IMG/VR virus record: IMGVR_UViG_3300011102_000097
Span: 1 to 43,966 of that record
Reading direction: 5' to 3' (one strand)
DNA length: 43,966 nt
Source of the DNA: a virus
The notes beneath the pieces were generated by a model. The model saw only the letters and a list, made by a program, of their open reading frames with translations. It ran no database searches and was not told where the DNA came from. Of this stretch, positions 6,335-14,340 are shown in pieces. Position 1 is the stretch's first letter; the number at the start of each line of letters is the position of its first letter. A program made the translations under genes and the position numbers.

Positions 6335-6481
6335 GACTGCATCGCTGTCTACCGCGAGCTCACCGGTGGTGGCGCCCTGATCGGCCCCCGCGCTGCTGAG
6401 TGGGGCCCGTTCAACCATGAGTTCTTCCTGCTGCTCGACGGCAGCCGCCTGTCCGAAGTCGCCGCGCCCAGCGCCGCTTAA
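6335..6481 (+). other. In-frame, coding-looking continuation after TAG (48 codons: DCIAVYRELTGGGALIGPRAAEWGPFNHEFFLLLDGSRLSEVAAPSAA)
   Basis: I translated this codon by codon. It has no internal ATG or GTG start and no SD, codons are GC3-rich, and it ends just before PE2. Confidence 0.5.
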
Positions 6482-6518
6482 AACCCCACACAGCAGTCGG
6501 GTATTGACCCTGATGTTT

Positions 6519-6534
6519 TAGCACCTGCTATAAT
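6519..6534 (+). promoter_or_regulatory. Candidate early promoter PE2: palindrome TAGCACCTGCTA overlapping extended -10 TGCTATAAT
   Basis: Read directly. TTGACC at 6504-6509 is a possible -35 with a 19-nt spacer. The element lies 34 nt upstream of ATG 6569. Confidence 0.6.
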
Positions 6535-6568
6535 TCGCTCAACGCAACAACGAGACCCGGAGAGCAAC

Positions 6569-6700
6569 ATGGCAAAACCCATCAACCGCTGCCGCACACG
6601 GCTGCTCGTCCGACGGCTCGAGGTGTTCCTCGACTGCGCGCTGGCCACGGCCATCGGCGTAGGCCTTGCCTGGTTGCTGGTCGCCTGGTGGTCTTCCTGA
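6569..6700 (+). CDS. 43-aa membrane peptide
   Basis: SD GGAGAG precedes the start. Translation is MAKPINRCRTRLLVRRLEVFLDCALATAIGVGLAWLLVAWWSS, a basic N-terminus plus a TM helix. It is the first ORF after PE2 and is below the track cutoff. Confidence 0.45.
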   Translation: MAKPINRCRTRLLVRRLEVFLDCALATAIGVGLAWLLVAWWSS

Positions 6701-6785
6701 CCGCCCGGATCATCCTCGGCAGCCAACCCTGACCAACCTCTACCAACCGGCCGTCTCGGCGGCCCCACCCAGAAGGAGCGACATC

Positions 6786-7103
6786 ATGCTGATCCTGACC
6801 ATCAAAGCCACCACCACGACCGACACCATCGAGAATGCCATCCCCTTCCGGGACATGCGTGAGCACGCCATCACGCTGCGCGACATGGAACTGGACGGGG
6901 CCCTGATCCCCGAGGACTACGAGGAGGTCGCCGCCGAGCTGCACGAGATCGACGGCGTGCTGGTCCTCTGGTCCCCGGAATTCGGGTATGCCTACGTCAA
7001 CGAGGATGGGCCAGGTGCCGGCGACAGTCTGATGATCGAGCAGTACGAGTGCCCGACACCTGAGCACGCTGCCCGCGTCTGGCGTGGCACCGCGGACGCC
7101 TGA
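6786..7103 (+). CDS. Acidic early protein, 105 aa
   Basis: In frame with track ORF 6666..7103. I moved the start to ATG 6786 (SD GAAGGAG). The sequence is rich in D and E. Confidence 0.7.
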   Translation: MLILTIKATTTTDTIENAIPFRDMREHAITLRDMELDGALIPEDYEEVAAELHEIDGVLVLWSPEFGYAYVNEDGPGAGDSLMIEQYECPTPEHAARVWRGTADA

Positions 7104-7125
7104 ATCCGCCGTCAACCAACTATCT

Positions 7126-7143
7126 GGGCCGCCCAGGCGGCCC
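7126..7143 (+). promoter_or_regulatory. Intergenic GC hairpin GGGCCGCC-CA-GGCGGCCC
   Basis: 8-bp perfect stem between two early genes, with no U tract. A near-identical hairpin lies at 7389-7404. Confidence 0.5.
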
Positions 7144-7166
7144 CCGACCAACAGGAGCACACGGGC

Positions 7167-7373
7167 ATGACCACCGAGAAGATGACTGAGAACGCGGCGC
7201 AGTATCTGATCGTCGTTTACCGCACCGAGTATACGGCGGACGGGCTTCCTCGCAGCGTGCGCCACGCCCAGTTCGGCGCCAGAACGTGGGCGGAAGCTTT
7301 GAAGATGATGGCCGAGGCCAACAAGCTGAAAAAAGCCGATCCCAACTTGTACGTCAACCTGAACCGGGTCTGA
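7167..7373 (+). CDS. Early protein, 68 aa
   Basis: ORF track entry with SD AGGAG 9 nt upstream. Confidence 0.65.
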   Translation: MTTEKMTENAAQYLIVVYRTEYTADGLPRSVRHAQFGARTWAEALKMMAEANKLKKADPNLYVNLNRV

Positions 7374-7388
7374 GCAACACCCACCACG

Positions 7389-7404
7389 GGCCGCCTCGGC
7401 GGCC
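7389..7404 (+). promoter_or_regulatory. Intergenic GC hairpin GGCCGCC-TC-GGCGGCC
   Basis: 7-bp stem directly after the 7373 stop and before SD AAAGGAG of the next gene. Confidence 0.5.
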
Positions 7405-7422
7405 ACCCAAAAGGAGCGCATC

Positions 7423-7746
7423 ATGAAAGGCACCGACAAGCAAATTTCCCTTGCCAAGGCTTGCATCGAGGGCGCCAAGGCATGGTACAGCCAGCCTTAC
7501 ACCATGCCCAGCGGCATGGTGACCAAGCTGGACCGCGAGGGGCGCCAGCTCGCCGCGATCGAGGTGATCGAGGCCATCGAGCGCGGCGACCAAGACGCGG
7601 CCGAATCGGCTTACGAGAATGCCGCGCCCTGGGTCAGCCGGTGCGTGGTCTTTGATGGCGAGGCCCCCGCCATTGACGCCGCCAGCGTGATCGACGCGCT
7701 TAAGAAGGCGTACTACTGCGCCAAGGACAATGGCTTGGTCGCCTGA
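7423..7746 (+). CDS. Early protein, 107 aa
   Basis: ORF track entry with SD AAAGGAG. Confidence 0.7.
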   Translation: MKGTDKQISLAKACIEGAKAWYSQPYTMPSGMVTKLDREGRQLAAIEVIEAIERGDQDAAESAYENAAPWVSRCVVFDGEAPAIDAASVIDALKKAYYCAKDNGLVA

Positions 7747-7784
7747 CCGCCGCGCGGCCCTTGTAAAAGTTTTCTCCCGCCCTG

Positions 7785-7800
7785 TAGCACGTGCTATACT
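7785..7800 (+). promoter_or_regulatory. Candidate early promoter PE3: palindrome TAGCACGTGCTA overlapping extended -10 TGCTATACT
   Basis: Read directly. It lies 39 nt upstream of ATG 7840. Confidence 0.55.
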
Positions 7801-7839
7801 TCTGTCTCACCAACTGCTAAACCGCCGAAAGGAATCGAA

Positions 7840-8067
7840 ATGCAGGATCTCGACGTCATCGCCCGCAACAACGCCAAGGCCGCGGAGGCGCACGCCCTCA
7901 AGACCAGCGCCGCCGGCAAGTACGGGGTCGCCAAGTACATCGGCCTGAACTTCCACAGCTACGAAGACTTCGACACCGAAGCCGAGCGCAACGCCGCCGC
8001 CACCGCCTGGAACAACGAGGCCCCCGGCCGTCGCACCGTGCTGCACAACCCCATCACCAACGCCTGA
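7840..8067 (+). CDS. Early protein, 75 aa
   Basis: ORF track entry with SD AAAGGAA. It is the first gene after PE3. Confidence 0.7.
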   Translation: MQDLDVIARNNAKAAEAHALKTSAAGKYGVAKYIGLNFHSYEDFDTEAERNAAATAWNNEAPGRRTVLHNPITNA

Positions 8068-8078
8068 AAGGAGCAACG

Positions 8079-8522
8079 ATGTCCCTCGAGCAAGCCCTGG
8101 CCGAGAACACGGCCGCCATCCGCGAACTGATCGCAGCCCTCAACCAAGCCGCCCCTGTCCTGGGAAACGCCAAAGCGTCGTCCCCCACGCCGGCTGCCCA
8201 GGCTGCCGCTTCCCCCGCTACTGCAACGAAGCCCGCTGCGTCCGAAAAGAAGACCCCCGCTTCGGGCACGTCGGCCACCACGAGCTCTGCCGGTGCAAGT
8301 GGTGCAGGTGAGGGCGACGCCGCGGCGTCTACCACTGCATCCTCCGTCGACTACCCGACGCTGCAGAAGGCGGTGTTTGCCCTGGCCGGCAAGAGCCGTG
8401 AAGCAGCTGCCGCTGTCGCCAGTTCCTTCGGCGTGAAGACGTTCAAGGATCTGCCCGCCGACAAGTGGGCCGCCGCTCTCGCTGCGGTGAACGCCAAGCT
8501 GACCGAACTCGAAAGCGCCTGA
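8079..8522 (+). CDS. Protein with Ala/Ser/Thr/Pro-rich linker, 147 aa
   Basis: ORF track entry with SD AAAGGAG. It sits directly before the nuclease gene. Confidence 0.7.
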   Translation: MSLEQALAENTAAIRELIAALNQAAPVLGNAKASSPTPAAQAAASPATATKPAASEKKTPASGTSATTSSAGASGAGEGDAAASTTASSVDYPTLQKAVFALAGKSREAAAAVASSFGVKTFKDLPADKWAAALAAVNAKLTELESA

Positions 8523-8524
8523 CC

Positions 8525-9832
8525 ATGAACGCACCCGCCCACTCGTACTGGAGCGCCTCGAAGTTCGAGTCGATCATGCTCTGCCCGGGCAAGATCGTGC
8601 TCGAGGACGGCGCGCCAGACAACACCAGCGGCTACGCCGCCGAAGGCACCGCTGCGCACCAGGTGCTCACCTGGGCACTGCAGGAGGATCGTCCTGCCAG
8701 TGCGTACATCGGCCGCCAGATCACCCTGGACCGTGCGGGCAAGCTTTGCGAGCCGGTTGACGCCGTCTACACCTACGAGGTGGACCCGGAGATGGCCGAG
8801 CACGTCCAGGTCTGCGTCGACTACGTCAACGACCTGCGTGGTGACGACGGCGTGGTGTTCGCGGATATCCGCGTCAACTACTCGAGCTACCTCGACGTGG
8901 CCGAGGACACCGCCTGGGGCACCGCCGACGTGATCGTGGCCCGCGGCAATGAGCTCATCGTGGTCGACTTCAAGTACGGCCGCGGTGTCGAGGTCGACGC
9001 CGAGAAGAACCCCCAGATGTCGCTGTATGGTCTCGGCGCCCTGCAGGCCTACCAGGGCCTGGTCGCAGACTTCGAGCGCGTGCGTATGGCCATCGTCCAG
9101 CCCCGCGTCAAGCGCGCACCCAGCGAGTGGGACTGCAGCGTCGAGGAGCTCGAGGCCTGGGGCCGCAGCACGGCGCGCAGCGCGGTGGCCAGCTGCATGC
9201 TCGCCGCGCAGACGCGCGTCGACAAGGCCTGGCAGGAAACCTTCCTGCGCCCTGGTGAGAAGCAGTGCAAGTTCTGCAAGGCCAAGGACACCTGCCCCGC
9301 CTTGCGCGCCGAGGTCGCCAGCACCGTCGCCCCCGTTGGCGCCACGCCGGCCAGCCCCGACGAGTTCGCCGAGCTTGAGGTGGCGACGAGTGAAGCGCTC
9401 AAGCACGCGGACGAGACCTGGCTGTCGGTCGCCCTGGGCAAGGTCGACCTGATCGAAGACTGGTGCAAGGCCGTGCGCGCCGAAGCCGAGCGCCGGCTAC
9501 TGGCCGGCGAGCCCGTGCCGGGCTGGAAGCTCGTGCAAGGCAAGAAAGGCGCGCGCCAGTGGCAAGACGCCAAGGTCGCCGAGGAGACGCTCAAGGCCAT
9601 GCGCGTCAAGGCCGAGGACATGTACGAGCTGAAGTTGATCAGTCCGACGACGGCCGAGAAGCTGCACAAGGCCGGCACGATAGGCCCCCGCCAGTGGTCG
9701 AGGCTGCAAGACCTCATCGTCCAAAACGAGGGCAAGCCGCACGTGGCGCCCGAATCCGACTCTCGCCCGGCGCTGGTGGTCACGCCGGTGGTCGAGGAGT
9801 TCACCGACCTGACCGCCAACGATCTCGCCTAA
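8525..9832 (+). CDS. PD-(D/E)XK, Cas4-like recombination nuclease (DUF2800-type)
   Basis: 435 aa starting at ATG 8525 (MNAPAHSYW). The core is IVVDFKYGRG. An N-terminal Cys (IMLCPG) plus C-terminal CKFCKAKDTC give the four-Cys pattern of Cas4/AddB-type nucleases. It precedes the SSB and PolA genes, as in the common phage module. Confidence 0.85.
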   Translation: MNAPAHSYWSASKFESIMLCPGKIVLEDGAPDNTSGYAAEGTAAHQVLTWALQEDRPASAYIGRQITLDRAGKLCEPVDAVYTYEVDPEMAEHVQVCVDYVNDLRGDDGVVFADIRVNYSSYLDVAEDTAWGTADVIVARGNELIVVDFKYGRGVEVDAEKNPQMSLYGLGALQAYQGLVADFERVRMAIVQPRVKRAPSEWDCSVEELEAWGRSTARSAVASCMLAAQTRVDKAWQETFLRPGEKQCKFCKAKDTCPALRAEVASTVAPVGATPASPDEFAELEVATSEALKHADETWLSVALGKVDLIEDWCKAVRAEAERRLLAGEPVPGWKLVQGKKGARQWQDAKVAEETLKAMRVKAEDMYELKLISPTTAEKLHKAGTIGPRQWSRLQDLIVQNEGKPHVAPESDSRPALVVTPVVEEFTDLTANDLA

Positions 9833-9856
9833 CCCTAGCCCTGAAAGGAAACCACC

Positions 9857-10432
9857 ATGTCTGCAACCAAGCCCATCGGCCGCATCCTGCTCAAAGACGT
9901 GCGCCTGGCATTCCCCAACCTGTTCGAGGCCGTCACCGTCAACGGCGACGGCAAGCCCCGCTTCAGCGCCACGCTGATCCTCCCGCCGGACCACCCTCAG
10001 CTCGATGAGATCCGCAGCAAGCAAGAGGCCGTGGCCCGGGAGAAGTGGCGCGACAAGGCCGCCGCGATCCTGCGTGGCCTGGAGAAGCAGGACAAGCTCG
10101 CGCTGCACGACGGTGACACCAAAGTCAACTACGACGGCTTCGCCGGCAACTTCTTCGTCAGCGCCGCGGCTCAGGAAAACGCCCCGCCCACCGTCATCGA
10201 CCGCGACCGCTCGCCGCTGTCTGCGAAGTCTGGCCGACCCTACGCTGGCTGCTACGTCAACGCATCGATCGAGCTGTGGGCACAGGACAACGCCTACGGC
10301 CAGCGCATCAACGCGCAGCTGCGTGGCATTCAGTTCTACCGCGACGGCGATTCGTTCAGCGCTGGCCGCCCGGCCGACGCCGACGAGTTCGATGACGTGA
10401 GCGAAGGCGCTGACGCAGAGGACTTCGCGTAA
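9857..10432 (+). CDS. ssDNA-binding protein (DUF2815 / gp2.5-like)
   Basis: 191 aa with the acidic C-terminal tail DEFDDVSEGADAEDFA typical of SSB tips. Its position between the nuclease and the polymerase fits this call. Confidence 0.8.
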   Translation: MSATKPIGRILLKDVRLAFPNLFEAVTVNGDGKPRFSATLILPPDHPQLDEIRSKQEAVAREKWRDKAAAILRGLEKQDKLALHDGDTKVNYDGFAGNFFVSAAAQENAPPTVIDRDRSPLSAKSGRPYAGCYVNASIELWAQDNAYGQRINAQLRGIQFYRDGDSFSAGRPADADEFDDVSEGADAEDFA

Positions 10433-10438
10433 GCGCAC

Positions 10439-10460
10439 GGGGCTTCGGCCCCTTGTGCTT
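10439..10460 (+). terminator. Weak intrinsic terminator GGGGC-TTCG-GCCCC plus TTGTGCTT
   Basis: 5-bp GC stem with a UUCG tetraloop, 7 nt after the SSB stop. Confidence 0.5.
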
Positions 10461-10489
10461 CGAGGGCCGCGTGCGGCCTTCGAAACACA
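10454..10489 (+). promoter_or_regulatory. Long hairpin TGTG-c-TTCGAGGGCCGC-gt-GCGGCCTTCGAA-a-CACA
   Basis: 12-bp stem (one G-U pair) extended by 4 more base pairs. Read directly. Confidence 0.6.
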
Positions 10490-10534
10490 ACGGGGAGCCC
10501 TAACTCCTACCGGGCCGGCCGCTCGGTGAAAGAA

Positions 10535-10630
10535 GATCAGTTGGCTAAGCAGGTCGCTCCCGTAGCGAATTGACGGCGCCTGTAGTGCTTGCACCCGCGG
10601 GCTCTGAAACATAAGGCGGGCAAACTGATC
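10535..10630 (+). other. 96-nt element closed by GATCAGTT/AACTGATC with two internal hairpins (possible structured RNA or ori-like element)
   Basis: The outer stem is 8 bp. The inner stems are TCGCT-CCCGT-AGCGA and TTGC(a)CCCGC...GCGGGCAA. There is no ORF. Confidence 0.3.
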
Positions 10631-10657
10631 CTGGCCTGACACCCCGGAAAGACGGGG

Positions 10658-10706
10658 GTTCTTTGGCGAGCTGGTCACCAGCCTGATGGCCGCCTCACCA
10701 AAGAAC
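10658..10706 (+). promoter_or_regulatory. 5'-UTR hairpin GTTCTTTGG...CCAAAGAAC just upstream of the polymerase start
   Basis: 9-bp stem enclosing the inner hairpin GCTGG-TCA-CCAGC. It ends 13 nt before ATG 10720, next to the weak SD GAGAG. Confidence 0.5.
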
Positions 10707-10719
10707 ACGAGAGCACGAC

Positions 10720-12846
10720 ATGACCATCCTCTGGCTCGACACCGAGACCTTCAGTGAGTGCGACCTCAAGACCGCGGGCACGCACCGCTACGCCGAGCAC
10801 CCCAGCACCGAGATCATCGTGGCTCAGTGGGCGCTCGACGATGGCGAACCGGAGGTCGCTGACTGCACCGGCCGCAAACAGCCGAAGCGCCTGCTGGCCC
10901 TGCTCGAAGACCCGACGATCACCATCGTCGCGCACAACTCCATGTTCGACCGCACGGTGCTGCGCCACGTCTGGGGCCTCGACATCCCGGTCGAGCGCTG
11001 GCAGGACACCATGATCAAAGCCATGGCCCACGGACTGCCTGGTGGCCTGGGCGCGATCGGCCAGATCGTGGGCCTCGAGGATGATCAGGCCAAGGACAAG
11101 CGCGGCCGCGAGCTGATCCAGCTCTTCTGCAAGCCGCGCCCGAAGGGTAGCAAGCTGCGCCGCGCCACGCGCGAGACGCACCCGAAGGAGTGGGCCGAGT
11201 TCCTCGAGTACTCGCGCCAGGACATAGTCGCCATGCGCGCGATCGACCGGCGCCTGCCCACCTGGAACTATCGCGCTGGCCACCCTGAGCTGGCCCTCTG
11301 GCACCTCGATCAGCGCATCAACGACCGCGGCGTGGCCGTCGACCTCGATCTCGCCCGTGCGGCGATCGATGCGGTGGACGCGGAGCAGAAGCGACTGAAG
11401 GCCGAGGTGGTCGAGGCCACCAACGGCCTGGTAGCCAGCGCCAGCAAGCGCGACCAGCTGCTCGCGTTCATCTGCGCCGAGTACGGTGTCGACCTGCCTG
11501 ACTTGAAGGCCGACACCGTGCGCCGCCGGCTGGAAGACCCGGAGCTGCCCGAGGGTGTCAAGGTGCTGCTGTCGTTGCGCCTCGAGTCGACCAAGACCTC
11601 GACCGCCAAGTACAAGGCCCTGCTCAACGCCACCAGTGGCGACGGCCGGCTGCGCAACACACTGCAGTTCGCCGGTGCTACCCGAACCGCACGCTGGGCC
11701 GGGAGGATCTTCCAGCCGCAGAACATGCCCCGACCCGACATCGGCCTGGTGGCCGACCACTTCCAGGTTCCGTTCAAGAAGGCGGAGGACATGCTGGTCG
11801 ACTACCTCGACCAGGGTGTCGAAGCGCTCAAGGGTGGCTACGCCGACGTGGTGTTCGACAACATCATCGGCCTGACCGCCAACGCGGTGCGCGGCTGCAT
11901 CGTGGCGCCGCCGGGCAAGAAGCTCGTGGTCGCCGACCTGTCCAACATCGAGGGCCGGGGCCTGGCGTTCCTGGCCGGCGAGCGCTGGAAGCTCAAGGCC
12001 TTCGCCGACTTCGACAACGGCACTGGCGAAGACCTCTACAAGGTGGCCTACGGCCGTTCGTTCAACGTCGACCCCAAGGAAGCCACCGGGCAGAAGCGCC
12101 AGATCGGCAAGGTGATGGAGCTCGGCCTGGGCTACGAGGGCGGCGTGGCTGCCTTCCTGACGTTCGCCGCGGTCTACGACATGGACCTCGAGGAGCTGGC
12201 CAAAGCGGTCTACGGCACCGCCTCAGCGCAAGCCCTGAGCGATGCTCAGGGCATGTGGCAGTGGGCCCTCAAGAACAAACGCACACTGGGCTTGCCAGAG
12301 CACGTCTACGTGGCCTGCGAGGTGCTCAAGCGCGCCTGGCGCGATGCGCACCCGGGCACCACAGCGCTGTGGGCCGCAGCCGCCGAGGCGGTGCGCCTGG
12401 CCATCCGCAACCCGGGCGAGACGTTCCCGATCGGCCAGCACCTGAAGGCGCGCCGCGATGGTGCCTGGCTGCGCATCCGCCTGCCTTCGGGCCGCTACCT
12501 CTGCTACATCAACCCAGACGTCGACGACAAGGGGCAGATCACCTACTTCGGGGTGAACCAGTACACGCGCCAGTGGGGGCGCATCAAGACCTACGGCGGC
12601 AAGCTGGTCGAGAACGCCACCCAGGCCTTCGCCCGCGACGTGCTGGCCCACAACATGCCCGCGATCGAGCAGGCCGGCTACGAGATCGTGCTGTCGGTGC
12701 ACGACGAACTGCTGACCGAGACCCTCGACGAGGAGCGCTTCAGCGCGGACGAACTCGCTCGGCTGATGGCCACCGTGCCGCCGTGGGCCAAGGGTATTCC
12801 CCTAGCTGCTGCCGGCTTCGAGACCTACCGCTATCGAAAAGGTTGA
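10720..12846 (+). CDS. Family-A DNA polymerase with 3'-5' exonuclease domain
   Basis: 708 aa. Motifs are ExoI LWLDTETFSE, motif A VVADLSNIEGR, motif B KRQIGKVMELGLGYEGG and motif C LSVHDELL. Confidence 0.93.
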   Translation: MTILWLDTETFSECDLKTAGTHRYAEHPSTEIIVAQWALDDGEPEVADCTGRKQPKRLLALLEDPTITIVAHNSMFDRTVLRHVWGLDIPVERWQDTMIKAMAHGLPGGLGAIGQIVGLEDDQAKDKRGRELIQLFCKPRPKGSKLRRATRETHPKEWAEFLEYSRQDIVAMRAIDRRLPTWNYRAGHPELALWHLDQRINDRGVAVDLDLARAAIDAVDAEQKRLKAEVVEATNGLVASASKRDQLLAFICAEYGVDLPDLKADTVRRRLEDPELPEGVKVLLSLRLESTKTSTAKYKALLNATSGDGRLRNTLQFAGATRTARWAGRIFQPQNMPRPDIGLVADHFQVPFKKAEDMLVDYLDQGVEALKGGYADVVFDNIIGLTANAVRGCIVAPPGKKLVVADLSNIEGRGLAFLAGERWKLKAFADFDNGTGEDLYKVAYGRSFNVDPKEATGQKRQIGKVMELGLGYEGGVAAFLTFAAVYDMDLEELAKAVYGTASAQALSDAQGMWQWALKNKRTLGLPEHVYVACEVLKRAWRDAHPGTTALWAAAAEAVRLAIRNPGETFPIGQHLKARRDGAWLRIRLPSGRYLCYINPDVDDKGQITYFGVNQYTRQWGRIKTYGGKLVENATQAFARDVLAHNMPAIEQAGYEIVLSVHDELLTETLDEERFSADELARLMATVPPWAKGIPLAAAGFETYRYRKG

Positions 12847-12848
12847 TG

Positions 12849-12864
12849 TAGCATCTGCTACAAT
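12849..12864 (+). promoter_or_regulatory. Candidate promoter PE4: palindrome TAGCATCTGCTA overlapping extended -10 TGCTACAAT
   Basis: It starts 3 nt after the polymerase stop and lies 34 nt upstream of ATG 12899. Confidence 0.55.
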
Positions 12865-12898
12865 CCACGAATCGCCAACCCAAGTGAAAGGAGCCCCG

Positions 12899-13054
12899 AT
12901 GAACACCTCGGCACTGCGACGTGTGCGCAAGCTCTTCAACGTGCCACACGTTCCTGCGCACATCAACCGCCACAACCAGCGCCAGTGGGTGCGCAGTGTT
13001 CGCCAGCTCGGCGACCGCTGGCTCTTGGCCAAGCCGGTGGAGCGCCGCGCATGA
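12899..13054 (+). CDS. Basic 51-aa protein
   Basis: SD AAAGGAG precedes the start. Translation is MNTSALRRVRKLFNVPHVPAHINRHNQRQWVRSVRQLGDRWLLAKPVERRA. The stop overlaps the next ATG (ATGA). It is below the track cutoff. Confidence 0.55.
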   Translation: MNTSALRRVRKLFNVPHVPAHINRHNQRQWVRSVRQLGDRWLLAKPVERRA

Positions 13055-13251
13055 ACTGGTACGCCCATGACTGCAACCAGGGCCACGACTGTCCGGCGCG
13101 CGTGGCCAAGATCGGCCGCAGGGACTACGCCAAAGAGCCCTACCCGCCCAGCCCCGCGTCGCGCTACCTCAAGCACCTGGCCAAGTGGGTGCTGGTCTGC
13201 ATCGCTGCGGCGTTCTTCGCCATCCTGACGTTGGTGGCCGCCCATGCGTGA
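13051..13251 (+). CDS. 66-aa protein with C-terminal TM helix
   Basis: In frame with track ORF 12985..13251. The start is ATG 13051 (MNWYAHDCNQGHDC...) and the TM segment is WVLVCIAAAFFAILTLVAA. Confidence 0.55.
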   Translation: MNWYAHDCNQGHDCPARVAKIGRRDYAKEPYPPSPASRYLKHLAKWVLVCIAAAFFAILTLVAAHA

Positions 13252-13555
13252 GTGCGACATCGAAAGCTACCTGGTCAAGCGGGTGAAAGCCATGGGCGGC
13301 GAGGTGCGCAAGGTCCAGTGGATCGGCCGCAACTCGGCGCCCGATCGGCTGGTGATGCTGCCGAAAACGCCGCACCACGGGCCCCGCACTGTCTGGGTGG
13401 AGCTCAAGAACCCCGAGACCGTCAAGACATTTCCGGCCAACGCGCGTGAGCGCGCCCAGGCCAGGGAGCACAAACGCATGCGCGAGCTCGGCCAGCGTGT
13501 CGAGCTGGTCGGCACGCTCGAGGCCGTCGAGGAGATTCTGTCGTGGACGAACTGA
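13244..13555 (+). CDS. VRR-NUC domain nuclease
   Basis: 103 aa. ...APDRLVML...VWVELKNP gives the D...E-x-K signature. Size and context are typical for this family. Confidence 0.8.
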   Translation: MRECDIESYLVKRVKAMGGEVRKVQWIGRNSAPDRLVMLPKTPHHGPRTVWVELKNPETVKTFPANARERAQAREHKRMRELGQRVELVGTLEAVEEILSWTN

Positions 13556-14034
13556 TCGAACGCATCCGCAAGCACGTCGTCGAGGAGGGCGACTGCTGGA
13601 ACTGGACCGGCGCACTGCAGTCCTGCGGCGCGGTGCCCACCATGCACTACAAGCGCAAGGTCGGCGCCGTGCGCCGCTTCATCCTGCTGGAGCGAGGCGT
13701 AGACCTCGGCAAGCGCCTGGCGACCTACACCTGCGGCAACTCGCTCTGCGTGAAGCCTGAGCACGTCGCGCCGGCCAGCCGCCGCGTGGTCCAGGTGCGC
13801 AGCGCCAAGGAGCTCGCCTACCCGAGCAACCCGGTGCGCCGCAAGAAGCTGTCGGATAAAGCGCGGAAGCGCGCCAAGCTCACGCCCGAGCTGGCCCGTC
13901 AGGTGCGCGAGGCCGAGGGCACGCAGGACAGCATTGCCGCGCGGTTCGGGATCTCCCAGGCCACCGTGAGCGCCATCAAGCGCGGCAAGACCTGGAAGGA
14001 CTACACCAACCCGTTTGCGGGGCTTGTTCGATGA
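13543..14034 (+). CDS. HNH-type endonuclease with C-terminal HTH
   Basis: GTG start with SD GAGGAG. Motifs are GDCWNWTG ... CGNSLCVKPEHV. The C-terminal HTH is DSIAARFGISQATVSAIKRGKTW. Confidence 0.75.
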   Translation: MDELIERIRKHVVEEGDCWNWTGALQSCGAVPTMHYKRKVGAVRRFILLERGVDLGKRLATYTCGNSLCVKPEHVAPASRRVVQVRSAKELAYPSNPVRRKKLSDKARKRAKLTPELARQVREAEGTQDSIAARFGISQATVSAIKRGKTWKDYTNPFAGLVR

Positions 14035-14339
14035 CCAGCCGCATCAGACCCGACGCGACCTTCGTCGCGCAGCAGGCGGAGCGCATGCGCGAGCTGCTGC
14101 ACCAGCGCGCGACGCTGCCACGTGAGGATCTCGAGTACGTCGTCGAGACCGTGGCCAAACTCAAGGACGAACGGCTCAAGGCCTGCGTCGCCGAGCTTAT
14201 TGGCTGGGGCGACGACGAGCGCGCGGAGATCGAGACGTTCGTGGCGATCGCCATCGAGGTCATGAAGAAGACCAACGTCTCGAAGCTGCGCGAGGCCGCG
14301 AGGACGGTCGAGCTGCGCTACTACATGAAGGAGAAGTAA
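14031..14339 (+). CDS. Hypothetical protein, 102 aa
   Basis: ORF track entry, coupled to the upstream gene by ATGA. Confidence 0.65.
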   Translation: MTSRIRPDATFVAQQAERMRELLHQRATLPREDLEYVVETVAKLKDERLKACVAELIGWGDDERAEIETFVAIAIEVMKKTNVSKLREAARTVELRYYMKEK

Positions 14340-14340
14340 C

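Noticed and set aside
10535-10630. tRNA or retron msr/msd interpretation of the 96-nt structured element
   Set aside because: It lacks the acceptor/T-arm geometry and the GTTCRANYC box of a tRNA, and the genome has no reverse transcriptase for a retron. I kept it only as an unclassified structured element.
8351-11760. Minus-strand ORFs 8351..9406, 9497..10708 and 10675..11760, plus 19816..21264 opposite the SNF2 gene
   Set aside because: They are antisense shadows of the nuclease, SSB, polymerase and helicase genes, and they would be transcribed against the whole operon.
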